DNA of 64,000 nt from Gammaproteobacteria bacterium (GTDB lineage Bacteria > Pseudomonadota > Gammaproteobacteria > Steroidobacterales > Rariloculaceae). The stretch lies in NCBI GenBank assembly GCA_050485545.1, contig JBJHBP010000002.1, positions 87,857-151,856 of the forward strand, in the 5' to 3' direction. A model generated the notes under the pieces. The model had not been told where the DNA came from. It searched no databases and saw nothing but the letters and a program-made list of their open reading frames with translations. Below, piece by piece: positions 26,750-39,070 of this stretch (positions are counted from its first letter, which is position 1; the number at the start of each line of letters is the position of its first letter). The position numbers and the translations under genes were made by a program.

Positions 26750-27930
26750 GCAGTATCGAATCCTCCCCGTGGCCCCTGGCCTATCGGCCGGCCTCTGCCG
26801 ACAGTACTACCGTGGATACCCCCGCGGCTGCACACACGGTCCGCCTGACCACGCTGGCCCGCGCCCTGACCGGCATGCAGAAGGAAGCTGTCGTCAGCTG
26901 CGAACCCGGCGGGCGTCGCTGGCGCATGGTGTCGGATGAAGGTCCCTATCTGAATGGCACGGATCTCGCGCCGTTTCCACTCGCATTCTTCACGGCCGGT
27001 GTGGCCAACGGGTTTCTGGCGGAGATTGCTGCACTGGCGCGGCAACGTCAGATCATGATCAGCCACATCGAGCTGACGGCGGACAGCTTCTATACGATGC
27101 AGGGTTCGGCCGTGCGCGGTGACATGCTCGGTGGTGCGTTGCCAGTGGAGCTGAGTGTGCGCATACAGGCTGACACCGCTGATGCGGAACTCGATTCGCT
27201 GGTTGCCGACGCGGTGGCGCAGTCACCGGTGGAAGCCTTGTTGCGCGCATCGCTGTGCAGTGAGTTCTCACTGGCGCTGAATGGCGACACCGAGGCTGCG
27301 GGGGACGTCACCCACTGGGACTCGCCGCCTGCATTCGATCTGAGCGATGCGGGTTTCAACGTACTGCAACCGGACGGCGATCCGGCGGTCCCGGAAGACC
27401 TGATCACGAAGCTCGGCAGCAGCGAAACGGTTTTCAACGTCGAAGGTGGTGCCGGCAGCAGCCTTGCGGCCGAGCAGAAACGTACGCTGCACATCCGCGG
27501 CATTGCGACGCTGCGTGAGGATGGCTTGAGTGAGACGCGGGTGCAGCTCTACAAGCCGATCGGAAGCAACTTCCGGTTTCTGTGTGAAATCGATGGTGCG
27601 GATCCGGCAGGCGCACGCGCACCATCGCCACTGGTTTATCTGTCGGCGGGGCTGGCATTCTGCTATCTGACCCAGATCGGTCGCTACGTCGCCATACTCA
27701 AGCATCCTCTGCAGCGCTACGCCATCGGTCAGGTGACACGGTTCGGCCGGGCCGGGCACGAAAATGGGCCGGTGGTGGAACCGGTGCGCACGCATGTGGA
27801 CCTGGTGACCAGCGTCGATGCCGACACCGCGCGCCGCATCGTGGTCATGGGTGAGCGTACCTGTTTTCTTCATGCAGCCGCGCGCACCCCCGTTGCGACG
27901 CGCATTGTCGAATCATCCCTGCAGACGTGA
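26746..27930 (+). CDS. Tandem OsmC/Ohr-like domain protein
   Basis: Two OsmC-like cores (SDEGPYLNGTDLAPFPLAFFTAGVANGF and GARAPSPLVYLSAGLAFCYLTQI), each followed by an alpha/beta repeat. 394 aa. Confidence 0.7.
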   Translation: MSSIESSPWPLAYRPASADSTTVDTPAAAHTVRLTTLARALTGMQKEAVVSCEPGGRRWRMVSDEGPYLNGTDLAPFPLAFFTAGVANGFLAEIAALARQRQIMISHIELTADSFYTMQGSAVRGDMLGGALPVELSVRIQADTADAELDSLVADAVAQSPVEALLRASLCSEFSLALNGDTEAAGDVTHWDSPPAFDLSDAGFNVLQPDGDPAVPEDLITKLGSSETVFNVEGGAGSSLAAEQKRTLHIRGIATLREDGLSETRVQLYKPIGSNFRFLCEIDGADPAGARAPSPLVYLSAGLAFCYLTQIGRYVAILKHPLQRYAIGQVTRFGRAGHENGPVVEPVRTHVDLVTSVDADTARRIVVMGERTCFLHAAARTPVATRIVESSLQT

Positions 27931-28065
27931 CGCTGTAGTCGCAACGCAACCCCCAATTGGGAGTTGTGTGTTCTGTTCCGTGTCGCGAGACTCTGATCAA
28001 CGTGCTGCCGATACCAGTACGAGATCGGGATATTCCGGTGAACCAGCCGCAACGGGACAGGATTC

Positions 28066-29775
28066 ATGGCCGACGCATCGCACGCAGATAAGGATATCCA
28101 CTGCACGAATACACGCGTTGTATTGTCCGCGCTGTGTGTGATGACATTCGCAGCGTTGACCGCATGCAGCAGCGGCAGTGGTAGCGGCAGCGGTGTTGGA
28201 GGCACTTCAAGCTTCACCGTCAGCGCCAGCGCCGGTTCCGGTGGCGGCATCAGTCCCGTCACCGCGACCGTGAATCAGGGTTCGACCGCCAGTTTCACGG
28301 TGACGGCAGACGAGGGCCATAGCGTCCAGAATGTCAGTGGCTGCGGCGGTTCGCTGAGCGGCAGTACGTACACGACCGGCGCGATCACCGCCGCGTGTCA
28401 GGTCACCGCCACGTTCCAGGTCAACAGTTACACGGTGACCGCCAGCGCAGGAGATGGCGGAGGAATCGAGCCCACCAATCTGAGCGTCGAGCATGGAGAG
28501 AGTGCCGATTTCACCGTCACCGCCGCGGACGGCTATGCGGTGTCCACTGTCTCGGGCTGCGACGGCTCACTGTCCGGGGATGTTTACACGACCGGCGCGA
28601 TCACAGCCGACTGCAGCATCGAGGCAACCTTCAGCAGTGCGCTCATCGCTCCGGACACCGTGTCGGCCGCGGCAGGCGATAGCAGCGTCACCCTGACGTG
28701 GTCGGAGGTGCCTGCCGCCACGGGTTACACCGTCTACTGGAGTCAGAATCCGGGTATCGACCCGGCGTTTTCGGCGACGTTCGACGACCTGGTTGCCGGG
28801 GTCGACAGTCCCCACGTTGTGTCCGGACTGAGCAATGGCACGGCCTACTACTTCGTCGTTACTGCGACGCTGGATGGCGATGAAAGCGAGGCGAGCGCCG
28901 AGGTGTCGGCCACACCCGCACCGTTCACGACCTGGCGCGGACCTCTCAATGATACCGGCATCACTCTGTGCGGCGACTACGCTTTCGGCGGCACGGAGAT
29001 GCACAACAATGACGTGGATTGCGCGGTGGTCGGCGCATCGGCCACGCACGCCGGTACCGATGCCGATGGCGACGTGGTGCCCGCTGGCCAGGACGCACAC
29101 TTCGGACGCGACGCGACGCCCGATCTTGTGAAAGTCGGCGGCGGCGCGGCCGGGTTCGACTTCTCCAGAGTCTGCAACAGCGGGCAGGTGGCCGGAGCCG
29201 GCAGTTGCCCCGCCGAACCCGAACAGGGCGATGACCTGAATGAATGGGCGTGCACGCTGGATAACCATACCGGGCTGATGTGGGAGACCAAGCGAGTCGT
29301 GTCCATACATCTTCGCAGCTCAGGCGCTGTGTACAGCTGGTACAGCAGCGCCGAACGCAGCGACGGGACGGCCGGTGAGATGAACGATGGCAACGCCGGC
29401 GTGGCGAACGGCGGCAACTGTTTCAACCAGTATCATCCAGACTCCAACCCCGACGGAAACAACTGCGACACCGCCGGCTATGTCGCCGCGATCAACACAA
29501 CCGGACTGTGCGGCGCCACGGACTGGCGCATGCCAACGCGCACTGAGCTGCAGTCCATCGTGAATGCGGGCACGAACGATCCGACAATCGATACCGATTA
29601 CTTCCCGGGCACGGTGTCAGGATGGTTCTGGACGGGAACGCCGCATGCGGCGGCGGGCGATTCGTCGAGCGCCACCGCGGTGAACTTCGATCAGTCTCAC
29701 TGGGCGACGTCGAGCGTTGGTCAAACGCCCAAGTCCAGCCTGATCCGCGTGCGTCTGGTCCGTGCGCATCAATGA
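28066..29775 (+). CDS. Lipoprotein with two divergent InlB-B-repeat-like domains, an FN3 domain and a C-terminal DUF1566 (Lcl C-terminal) domain
   Basis: Lipobox AALTAC followed by an SGSGSG linker. Duplicated units FTVTADEGHSVQNVSGCGGSLSGSTYTTGAITAACQVTATF and FTVTAADGYAVSTVSGCDGSLSGDVYTTGAITADCSIEATF. FN3-like VTLTWSEVPAATGYTVYWS. DUF1566 motif TDWRMPTRTELQSIV. Confidence 0.8.
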   Translation: MADASHADKDIHCTNTRVVLSALCVMTFAALTACSSGSGSGSGVGGTSSFTVSASAGSGGGISPVTATVNQGSTASFTVTADEGHSVQNVSGCGGSLSGSTYTTGAITAACQVTATFQVNSYTVTASAGDGGGIEPTNLSVEHGESADFTVTAADGYAVSTVSGCDGSLSGDVYTTGAITADCSIEATFSSALIAPDTVSAAAGDSSVTLTWSEVPAATGYTVYWSQNPGIDPAFSATFDDLVAGVDSPHVVSGLSNGTAYYFVVTATLDGDESEASAEVSATPAPFTTWRGPLNDTGITLCGDYAFGGTEMHNNDVDCAVVGASATHAGTDADGDVVPAGQDAHFGRDATPDLVKVGGGAAGFDFSRVCNSGQVAGAGSCPAEPEQGDDLNEWACTLDNHTGLMWETKRVVSIHLRSSGAVYSWYSSAERSDGTAGEMNDGNAGVANGGNCFNQYHPDSNPDGNNCDTAGYVAAINTTGLCGATDWRMPTRTELQSIVNAGTNDPTIDTDYFPGTVSGWFWTGTPHAAAGDSSSATAVNFDQSHWATSSVGQTPKSSLIRVRLVRAHQ

Positions 29776-29804
29776 GCAGATCAGTTGACGGAGATGAATC
29801 CATC

Positions 29805-30392
29805 ATGAAGCGATCAATTACAGTTTCACTGCGTCCTCTGCTATGGAGTATCGGCTGCTGCCTGCTGGTGCCGCTGACAGCCCGTGCGGAGGTGGTCTGC
29901 CGCGACATGGTATTCGGTCAGTCCAGCGAACGCCCGCTGATCCGGGCTTCCACGCCATCGTCGGATTTCGTCATTCACGACGATGGTACGGTAACGCATG
30001 TGCCCAGCGGCCTGATGTGGATGCGATGCATAATCGGCCAGACGTTCGAAGACGGCACCTGCACCGGCAGTGGGGACAACGGGAACTGGCTGGCGATGAT
30101 GACAGCCGCGCAGTCCCTGAATCACGGAGGCGGGTTCGCCGGCCACACCGACTGGCGCGTGCCGAACGTGAAGGAGTTGTCCACAATCGTGGAACACCGC
30201 TGCAATTCGTCGCCGAAGGTCAATCAGCTGGTGTTTCCGGGCATCGCCTCGGGTCCGTTGTGGACGTCGTCAGCGTTTTTCGGCGACGACACCAGAGCGA
30301 TCTCCGTCAACTTCCACTCCACCGGCGCCACCGGCAACACACCCAAGGACGCCTTCGGTCCTGGCCTGCGACTCGTACGTGACGCCCCGTGA
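29805..30392 (+). CDS. Secreted DUF1566 (Lcl C-terminal) domain protein
   Basis: Signal peptide MKRSITVSLRPLLWSIGCCLLVPLTARA, GLMWMRC and TDWRVPNVKELSTIV. Confidence 0.75.
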   Translation: MKRSITVSLRPLLWSIGCCLLVPLTARAEVVCRDMVFGQSSERPLIRASTPSSDFVIHDDGTVTHVPSGLMWMRCIIGQTFEDGTCTGSGDNGNWLAMMTAAQSLNHGGGFAGHTDWRVPNVKELSTIVEHRCNSSPKVNQLVFPGIASGPLWTSSAFFGDDTRAISVNFHSTGATGNTPKDAFGPGLRLVRDAP

Positions 30393-30496
30393 CTTCGCAT
30401 GCGTCAGGCTCGCGCCGTGCGTGCCGAATTCGCAATTCATGCCTCAGTTGCATGCGGGCGGTGTTTCCGGGGACCGTACCCTGTACGCGCCGGACA

Positions 30497-31528
30497 TCAT
30501 GAGGCGAGGCCCGGGTGCTCGTAGGCCTGCGGGTAGGGCATCGGCTTGACCGGCCCCAGCGGTACGACACGGTTCCAGGAGCGCCCGAAGTAGCCCTGCC
30601 GGCAGTGGATCAGCGAGCCGCTTTGCGCGACGCCGGGCAACGCGTACACGCGACACAGCCATCGCCACAGATGCGGGTAGTCGAGAATTCTTGCACCGTT
30701 CAGCTTCATGCGCAGGAAATAGACCGGGTCGTGCCGGTACAGGGTCGGGAACAGGCGCAGGTCTGCTTCGGTGAAGTGCGCGCCGGTGAGAAAAGGCCGC
30801 CCATCGGCGAGACGGATCTCAAGCTGTGCCAGCGACTCGAAGTAGGCTTCAAAAGCCGCCGCATAGACGGACTGATCCGACGAAAACCCGGCCTTGTAGG
30901 CGCCGTTGTTGATGGTCGAATAGATCAGTTCGTTCAGCGCGTCGATTTCGGCTCGCAGGTTTTCATCCTCGGGGTAAAGATCGGGCCGTTCTTCGTCCGC
31001 CACGGGGCTGCCAAGCTCGCTGGCGGCGCTGTTCAGCATGCGAATGATTTCGGCGCTTTCATTGTTGACAATGCGGCCGGCGTGCCTGTCATAGAGAACT
31101 GGCAGTGTCTGTTCATCCGACCCTTCGGCGCCGTAGATCTGCCTGACCAGCCGCAGACTGCGACCCGTTCCGGTCTCGACGGTGCATTCTGGCAGCGGCG
31201 CGCCGGTCAGGGATGAGACGCGGCCCGGATTGAATTCCCACAGGTTCGGTCCCTGCGGGTCATCGTCGCCGGTGCGGTTCGGAAAGGCCACATCCATTGT
31301 GATGCTGTCGTGCAGGACGAGCAGATTGCGCGCCAGCGTGGCGCGATGACACCAGGGGCAGTTGAGCGCGACGTAAAGGTGGTAGCGCCCCGGCTCTGCC
31401 GGGAACTCCCGATCACCGATCGCGTGCCGGAAGCCGCTGACGCCGCGCACGAACTCCCCGCGTGCACGACGGGCGGCGGCATCGGTCTGGTCTTCCTGAA
31501 CGGAAGGTTCGCCTTCGGGTCTGGTCAC
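30497..31528 (-). CDS. yqjG: Glutathionyl-hydroquinone reductase (Xi-class GST, YqjG/ECM4-like)
   Basis: GRYHLYVALNCPWCHRATLARNL active-site motif, length 343 aa, C-terminal GST fold. Confidence 0.88.
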   Translation of the reverse strand: MTRPEGEPSVQEDQTDAAARRARGEFVRGVSGFRHAIGDREFPAEPGRYHLYVALNCPWCHRATLARNLLVLHDSITMDVAFPNRTGDDDPQGPNLWEFNPGRVSSLTGAPLPECTVETGTGRSLRLVRQIYGAEGSDEQTLPVLYDRHAGRIVNNESAEIIRMLNSAASELGSPVADEERPDLYPEDENLRAEIDALNELIYSTINNGAYKAGFSSDQSVYAAAFEAYFESLAQLEIRLADGRPFLTGAHFTEADLRLFPTLYRHDPVYFLRMKLNGARILDYPHLWRWLCRVYALPGVAQSGSLIHCRQGYFGRSWNRVVPLGPVKPMPYPQAYEHPGLAS

Positions 31529-31698
31529 CTTGCTCCCTCAACCTCGCAGACACTGATGCAGGACGATCGGCAATGCAAGTGCCTGCTTGCCGCCAGGGAC
31601 GGGTAGGGGCCATTCACGTCCACCGTCTGGTCATGTGACGTCTCATTGTGGTCTTCTGCTGCTATTGTCGATCGAGAATCCCGATACGGAGACCAGCG

Positions 31699-32097
31699 AT
31701 GGCGACGATCAAGGCGAACAACCCATGGACCTGGCAGGACGCGCTGCACTTCGGTCACGGCGTGGAAGCAAGGGGTGCCGCGCGCGTGCTGTTCTGTGCC
31801 GGCCAGACGTCGGTCGGCCCCGACGGCAGGCTGCTGCACTCCGGTGACATGACAGCGCAGCTCGAACGCGCATTCGACAACCTCGAGGCTGTGCTCACGC
31901 ATGCCGGCTTCACGCTCGCGAATGTCGTGCGGCTGAACTACTACGTGACCGACATGGCAGCTTTCGGCAAGGCACGCGGTGTCATTGCCGAACGTCTCGG
32001 CGCCATGGACGTGAAACCGGCCGGCGTGCTGCTGGGCGTCAGCCGGCTGGCTGATCAGGGTGCGCTGGTCGAGATCGAAGCCACCGCCGTGGCGTAA
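31699..32097 (+). CDS. RidA/YjgF-family protein
   Basis: 132 aa with FCAGQTSVGPDG...QLERAFDNLEAVLTHAGFTLANVVRLNYYVTD...LVEIEATAV, typical of the family. Confidence 0.85.
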   Translation: MATIKANNPWTWQDALHFGHGVEARGAARVLFCAGQTSVGPDGRLLHSGDMTAQLERAFDNLEAVLTHAGFTLANVVRLNYYVTDMAAFGKARGVIAERLGAMDVKPAGVLLGVSRLADQGALVEIEATAVA

Positions 32098-32258
32098 GAC
32101 GCGGCCGGCGCCGGCGCTGTCTCCGGAGCCGTTGTATCTCCTCGCCCATCGCGATTCCGGGAAAGTAAGGATCACGCTCCAGTTCAATCTCCGCCGAGAT
32201 GGCTGCGGACTGCGACTGCGACTGCGGATCGACGGTCGCAATGATCACGTCGCTATTA

Positions 32259-32900
32259 TCAGTCTCCCTGGGTGGCGCCTGTTTGCGGCGGCATGAGCGC
32301 GTCGTCGAGCTGGCTGGCGCGCTGGCGGGCGGGGCGGTCGCTGACGCGCGCCCAGTAAGCCTCGAGCTCCGGCCGCTTCTCCATGAGATTGAACTGCAGG
32401 CCCCAGCTGATGTGCGAACCCACATAGACATCAGCCGCGGAGAAGCGCTCGCCGGCCAGATAAGGACCTGCGCTGACGGCGGCGCAGAGAGTGTCCATCA
32501 CGCTTCCGAAGCTGCCGTAGCCGGCCATCGACTGATTGCGCCGATCCAGCTCGACGCCCAACGAACGGTTGGTCATGGCCGCCTCCACCGGGCCGGCGGC
32601 AAAGAACAGCCAGCGATAGTACGCACCGCGCTCGGCCGGCGGAGGTGCGAGACCGGCCTCGGGGAAGGCGTCGGCCAGATAGGCGCAGATGGCGGCGCAC
32701 TCGGTGACCACCTGGTTGCCGTGGCGCAGAGCCGGCACCTTGCCCATCGGATTCACCGCCAGAAACTCGGGTGACTTCATCGCCGGGCCATACTCGATAT
32801 GCTCGATCTTATAGTCCGCACCCACCTCTTCCAGCATCCACCGCGCGATGCGTCCACGCGACATGGGATTGGTGTACAGGACGAGCTCTGCTGATGTCAT
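32259..32900 (-). CDS. Glutathione S-transferase
   Basis: 213 aa from ATG 32900. N-terminal thioredoxin-like part (LYTNPMSRGRIARWMLEE...NPMGKVPAL...VVTECAAICAYL) plus a helical C-domain. The upstream 156 codons of the ORF are a non-homologous extension. Confidence 0.88.
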   Translation of the reverse strand: MTSAELVLYTNPMSRGRIARWMLEEVGADYKIEHIEYGPAMKSPEFLAVNPMGKVPALRHGNQVVTECAAICAYLADAFPEAGLAPPPAERGAYYRWLFFAAGPVEAAMTNRSLGVELDRRNQSMAGYGSFGSVMDTLCAAVSAGPYLAGERFSAADVYVGSHISWGLQFNLMEKRPELEAYWARVSDRPARQRASQLDDALMPPQTGATQGD

Positions 32901-33013
32901 TGGGGGTCTCCTGTGTGCGGGACTCTGCTGAACGCGGATTACGCAACAGACTTTAAGTTGTTTCGGGAAATGTTTCAGCTGAAGCGTCGATGCGCCAGTC
33001 TGGTGCGTCCCAC

Positions 33014-35686
<2,673 letters not shown>

Positions 35687-35781
35687 GAGTCGTCCCTGTG
35701 CCGGATCGCACCGTACTTCCGGTTGCCAATCCCGCATGAATGCTGAATGCTATCCGTGCCCTGATTCCGGGGTGGGTTGCG

Positions 35782-36378
35782 ATGATGTTGATTAACGGGA
35801 ACCGAATCAAGCCGCATCGGCCGGTGGCAGGCCGCGGAGCCGGCTCAGGCCGTCGCCTCGGCCGAGGGCCGCTGGTAGTGCTGGCACTGGCGTTGGGCTC
35901 GCTGGTCGCCGGCTGCGGATTCAGGCTGGAGGGATCGGGTCGTCTGCCCGAAGCCATGGCGCGAACCTATGTGGCAACCGCCGAGCCGCATTCGGCGTTC
36001 TTCGGCAGTCTGCGCGAAAACCTGCGGCTGCGCGGTTCGGAGGTGGTGGAGCAGGCCGGCGAAGCCGGCGCCGTACTCACCATCGTCGAGGACAGCACCG
36101 GCCAGCGTGTGCTGTCGGTATCCTCGCGCAATATTCCGCGTGAGTATGAGATCTATTACATCGTAACGTTCACGCTCAGTGCCGGAGAGCAGCGGCTGAT
36201 CGAGCCGGAGTCGCTGGTGGTAACGCGCAGCTATACCTATGACGAACGCGAAGTGCTGGGCAAGGCCGAGGAAGAACGCACCCTGCGTCGTGCGCTGGCG
36301 GAAGACCTGGCACGCCAGGTGGTGCGGCGCATCGAGGCGCTGGGCGTGCAGGCGGGGCGGGTCGCGCCGCACGGTTGA
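35782..36378 (+). CDS. lptE: LPS-assembly lipoprotein LptE
   Basis: Lipobox LVAGCGFRLEG plus the LptE-like body (YEIYYIVTFTLSAGEQ...). The start is uncertain (ATG 35782 chosen; the ORF opens at 35740). Confidence 0.8.
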   Translation: MMLINGNRIKPHRPVAGRGAGSGRRLGRGPLVVLALALGSLVAGCGFRLEGSGRLPEAMARTYVATAEPHSAFFGSLRENLRLRGSEVVEQAGEAGAVLTIVEDSTGQRVLSVSSRNIPREYEIYYIVTFTLSAGEQRLIEPESLVVTRSYTYDEREVLGKAEEERTLRRALAEDLARQVVRRIEALGVQAGRVAPHG

Positions 36379-36462
36379 CCATGTGCGGATCATCAATGGC
36401 CGCGGTGCAGCCATTGGCGGTCACATGAATCGGCGTCGCGTGGTTCCCCGCCCGGCGTTGCG

Positions 36463-36945
36463 TTACAACTGCGTGGGATTGGGTGCGTCGCCGTACACCG
36501 CCTGCGGATCGAACACCTTCTCGTTCTCGGTGAACTCCAGCTTGATCGGTCCTTCGGTGGTGCCCACCGGCACGCGCCGGTAGAAGCAGGAACGATAGCC
36601 GACGTGGCAGCTCGCACCGCCGGACACGTCCACCCGCAGCCAGACGCAGTCCTGATCGTCGTCGATCAGCAGCTCCCGGACCTTCTGAACGAGGCCGCTG
36701 GTCGCGCCCTTGTGCCACAGCACGCCGCGGCTGCGGCTCCAGTAGTGCGCCTCGCCGGTGGCGATGGATTTTTCCAGCGCTTCGGCGTTCATGTAGCCGT
36801 GCATCAGCAGTTCACCGCTGGTGTAATCGGTGGTTACACAGGGGATCAGGCCGTCGCGGTCGAACTTGGGTGCGAGTTCGCCGCCTTCTTCGACCTGCTC
36901 GATACTGACCCGGTTTGAGAACAGATTGGCCATCGTTTCGTCCAT
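36463..36945 (-). CDS. hisI: Phosphoribosyl-AMP cyclohydrolase (monofunctional HisI)
   Basis: [53 protein letters not shown]...[24 protein letters not shown]. Confidence 0.88.
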   Translation of the reverse strand: MDETMANLFSNRVSIEQVEEGGELAPKFDRDGLIPCVTTDYTSGELLMHGYMNAEALEKSIATGEAHYWSRSRGVLWHKGATSGLVQKVRELLIDDDQDCVWLRVDVSGGASCHVGYRSCFYRRVPVGTTEGPIKLEFTENEKVFDPQAVYGDAPNPTQL

Positions 36946-37107
36946 GACATCGCCGGCAACAGGCCGGGCATTATACGGGGTGCGGGTGATCCGGGTTGTG
37001 CCTGCTATCATTCGCGCGCCAGCCGGACCGTTGTCCGCTGCGGCACCCTCGAGAGATCCGTCCGCGAACTTCTACAACAGCAACTGCATGGTCTGAGCAG
37101 CAACCGC

Positions 37108-38547
37108 ATGGGACTGACGCTTTTCAATTCGCTGACCCGGCGCGAGGAAGCATTCGAGCCGGCCGATCCGCAACGCGTGACCATGTACGTGTGCGGGCCG
37201 ACAGTATACAGCTACGCTCATATCGGCAACGCGCGCCCCGAGGTGGTGTTCGATGTCCTGGCGCGTGTTCTGCGGCGTCGCTGGAATCTCGTACATGTGC
37301 GCAATTTCACCGACGTTGACGACAAGATCAACGCAGCTGCGCGCAAAGAGGGTGTTGCGATCGGGGTCCTCACGGCGCGCTACATAGAGGCGTTTCACGG
37401 CGATATGGCGGCGCTGGGCGTGTCGCCGCCCGACATCGAGCCGCGCGTCACACAGCATATGCCCGACATCGTCGGGTTCATCGCGCGTCTGATCGAGGTC
37501 GGCCACGCCTATGAGGCCGAAGGCCATGTGCTGTTTTCGGTGCCGAGCTTTCCGGACTACGGTCAACTGTCCGGTCGCGCTGTCGAGGACCTGATTGCCG
37601 GCGCGCGGGTGGAAGTGGCTCCGTACAAGCGCGACCCGGCGGATTTCGTGCTGTGGAAGCCCTCCGACGCCGATACCGTGGGCTGGGACAGCCCCTGGGG
37701 CCGCGGCCGCCCCGGCTGGCATATCGAGTGCTCGACGATGATCGAGACGCATCTTGGCGAGACCATCGACATCCACGGTGGCGGCCAGGATCTGGTCTTT
37801 CCGCACCACGAAAACGAGATCGCGCAGAGCAACTGCGCGCATCACGGGCGTCCGTTGTGCCGGTTCTGGGTGCATAACGGCCATGTGCAGATGGCCAGCG
37901 AGAAGATGTCCAAGTCGCTGGGGAACCTGCTGCTGCTCAAGGATCTGCTCGCCACGGCACCGGCCGAAGCGGTGCGGCTGGGACTGCTGACCGCGCATTA
38001 CCGACAGCCGCTGGACTGGAACCCCAGAGTGCTGGAGGAGAGCGTCCAGAAGCTGAGCCGCCTGTACGGCGCGCTGCGCGAAGCCGGCGTGAGCGGATCG
38101 TTCGGGCCCGCCGGGACAGTCGGAACAGGAACAGACGTAGCGGCTGGAGTGCCCGGTGATGTGGCGCCTCCGGCCGCCGTGATCGAGGCCCTTGAAGACG
38201 ACCTCAATACCCCGCGCGCACTGGCCGAGCTGTTCGCAATCGCGCGTGAGGCGAACCGCTGCGACGACGCGGCGCGGCGCCTGGCGCTGGCGCAGTCGCT
38301 GCGCGCCGGGGCGTGGTACCTGGGGCTGCTGGGCCAGGACCCGGTCGCCTGGTTCGAGCGCAGCGGGACGCAAAGCCGGGACGACGCGCCGGATGCAGCC
38401 GCGATACAATCGCTGGTGGAACAGCGCGACGCAATGCGCCGGGAGCGCAATTTCGCCGAGGCCGACCGCATACGCGATGAGCTGGCGGCGGCCGGCATCG
38501 TGATCGAGGACCGTGCGGACGGGTCGCGCTGGCGGAGATCCCATTGA
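37108..38547 (+). CDS. cysS: Cysteinyl-tRNA synthetase
   Basis: [19 protein letters not shown] (HIGH), WHIECS and KMSKSLGN. Confidence 0.97.
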   Translation: MGLTLFNSLTRREEAFEPADPQRVTMYVCGPTVYSYAHIGNARPEVVFDVLARVLRRRWNLVHVRNFTDVDDKINAAARKEGVAIGVLTARYIEAFHGDMAALGVSPPDIEPRVTQHMPDIVGFIARLIEVGHAYEAEGHVLFSVPSFPDYGQLSGRAVEDLIAGARVEVAPYKRDPADFVLWKPSDADTVGWDSPWGRGRPGWHIECSTMIETHLGETIDIHGGGQDLVFPHHENEIAQSNCAHHGRPLCRFWVHNGHVQMASEKMSKSLGNLLLLKDLLATAPAEAVRLGLLTAHYRQPLDWNPRVLEESVQKLSRLYGALREAGVSGSFGPAGTVGTGTDVAAGVPGDVAPPAAVIEALEDDLNTPRALAELFAIAREANRCDDAARRLALAQSLRAGAWYLGLLGQDPVAWFERSGTQSRDDAPDAAAIQSLVEQRDAMRRERNFAEADRIRDELAAAGIVIEDRADGSRWRRSH

Positions 38548-38807
38548 CACAGACCGGGCTCACATTGCGAACAGCGCGCCACTGGCCGGCACTGGTGCTG
38601 ATCGGATGCGTGCGCCTGTATCAGCTGACGCTGTCGGCCTGGTTGGGCAGACAGTGCCGCTATCTGCCCACCTGTTCGCAGTATGCGATCGACGCGCTGC
38701 ATACGCATGGCGCGTCGCGCGGCACCTGGCTGGCGATGCGCCGCATAGGCCGCTGTCACCCTTGGGGCAGCTCGGGTTACGACCCGGTCCCGGAGAAGCA
38801 TCGATGA
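38544..38807 (+). CDS. yidD: Membrane protein insertion efficiency factor YidD
   Basis: [58 protein letters not shown]. The TTG start overlaps the cysS stop (TTGA). Confidence 0.88.
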   Translation: MTQTGLTLRTARHWPALVLIGCVRLYQLTLSAWLGRQCRYLPTCSQYAIDALHTHGASRGTWLAMRRIGRCHPWGSSGYDPVPEKHR

Positions 38808-39070
38808 CATTCAACACCGCGCTGCTCGACATCGTCTGTTGCCCGGTGACGCATGCGCCGCTGAGCCTGATGAAGACAGCCGACCTGGAGCGTCTGAATC
38901 ACACCATCGGCGAAGGCCGGATCCGGCGACGCGATGACTCACAGGTGGAGGAGCCGCTGGAGCAGGCGTTGATCACGCGTGACGGCAAGCTGGCCTATCC
39001 GATACGTGATGGCATTGCGGTGCTGCTGGAAGACCAGGGCATTCTGCTGTCGCAGATCACCGATCCGTGA
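38804..39070 (+). CDS. Trm112-family (YcaR/UPF0434-like) small protein
   Basis: [14 protein letters not shown]...[16 protein letters not shown], 88 aa. ATGA overlap with yidD. Confidence 0.8.
   Translation: MTFNTALLDIVCCPVTHAPLSLMKTADLERLNHTIGEGRIRRRDDSQVEEPLEQALITRDGKLAYPIRDGIAVLLEDQGILLSQITDP

Noticed and set aside
32098-32258. CTGCGR hexamer run (about 4 units) and the minus-strand ORF 32039-32431 with a QSQSQS tract, between ridA and the GST; also the GST stop reads TGA TAA TAG
   Set aside because: The microsatellite is tiny. The ORF runs antisense into ridA and has no recognisable family or RBS. The triple stop is a curiosity with no functional implication I can support.
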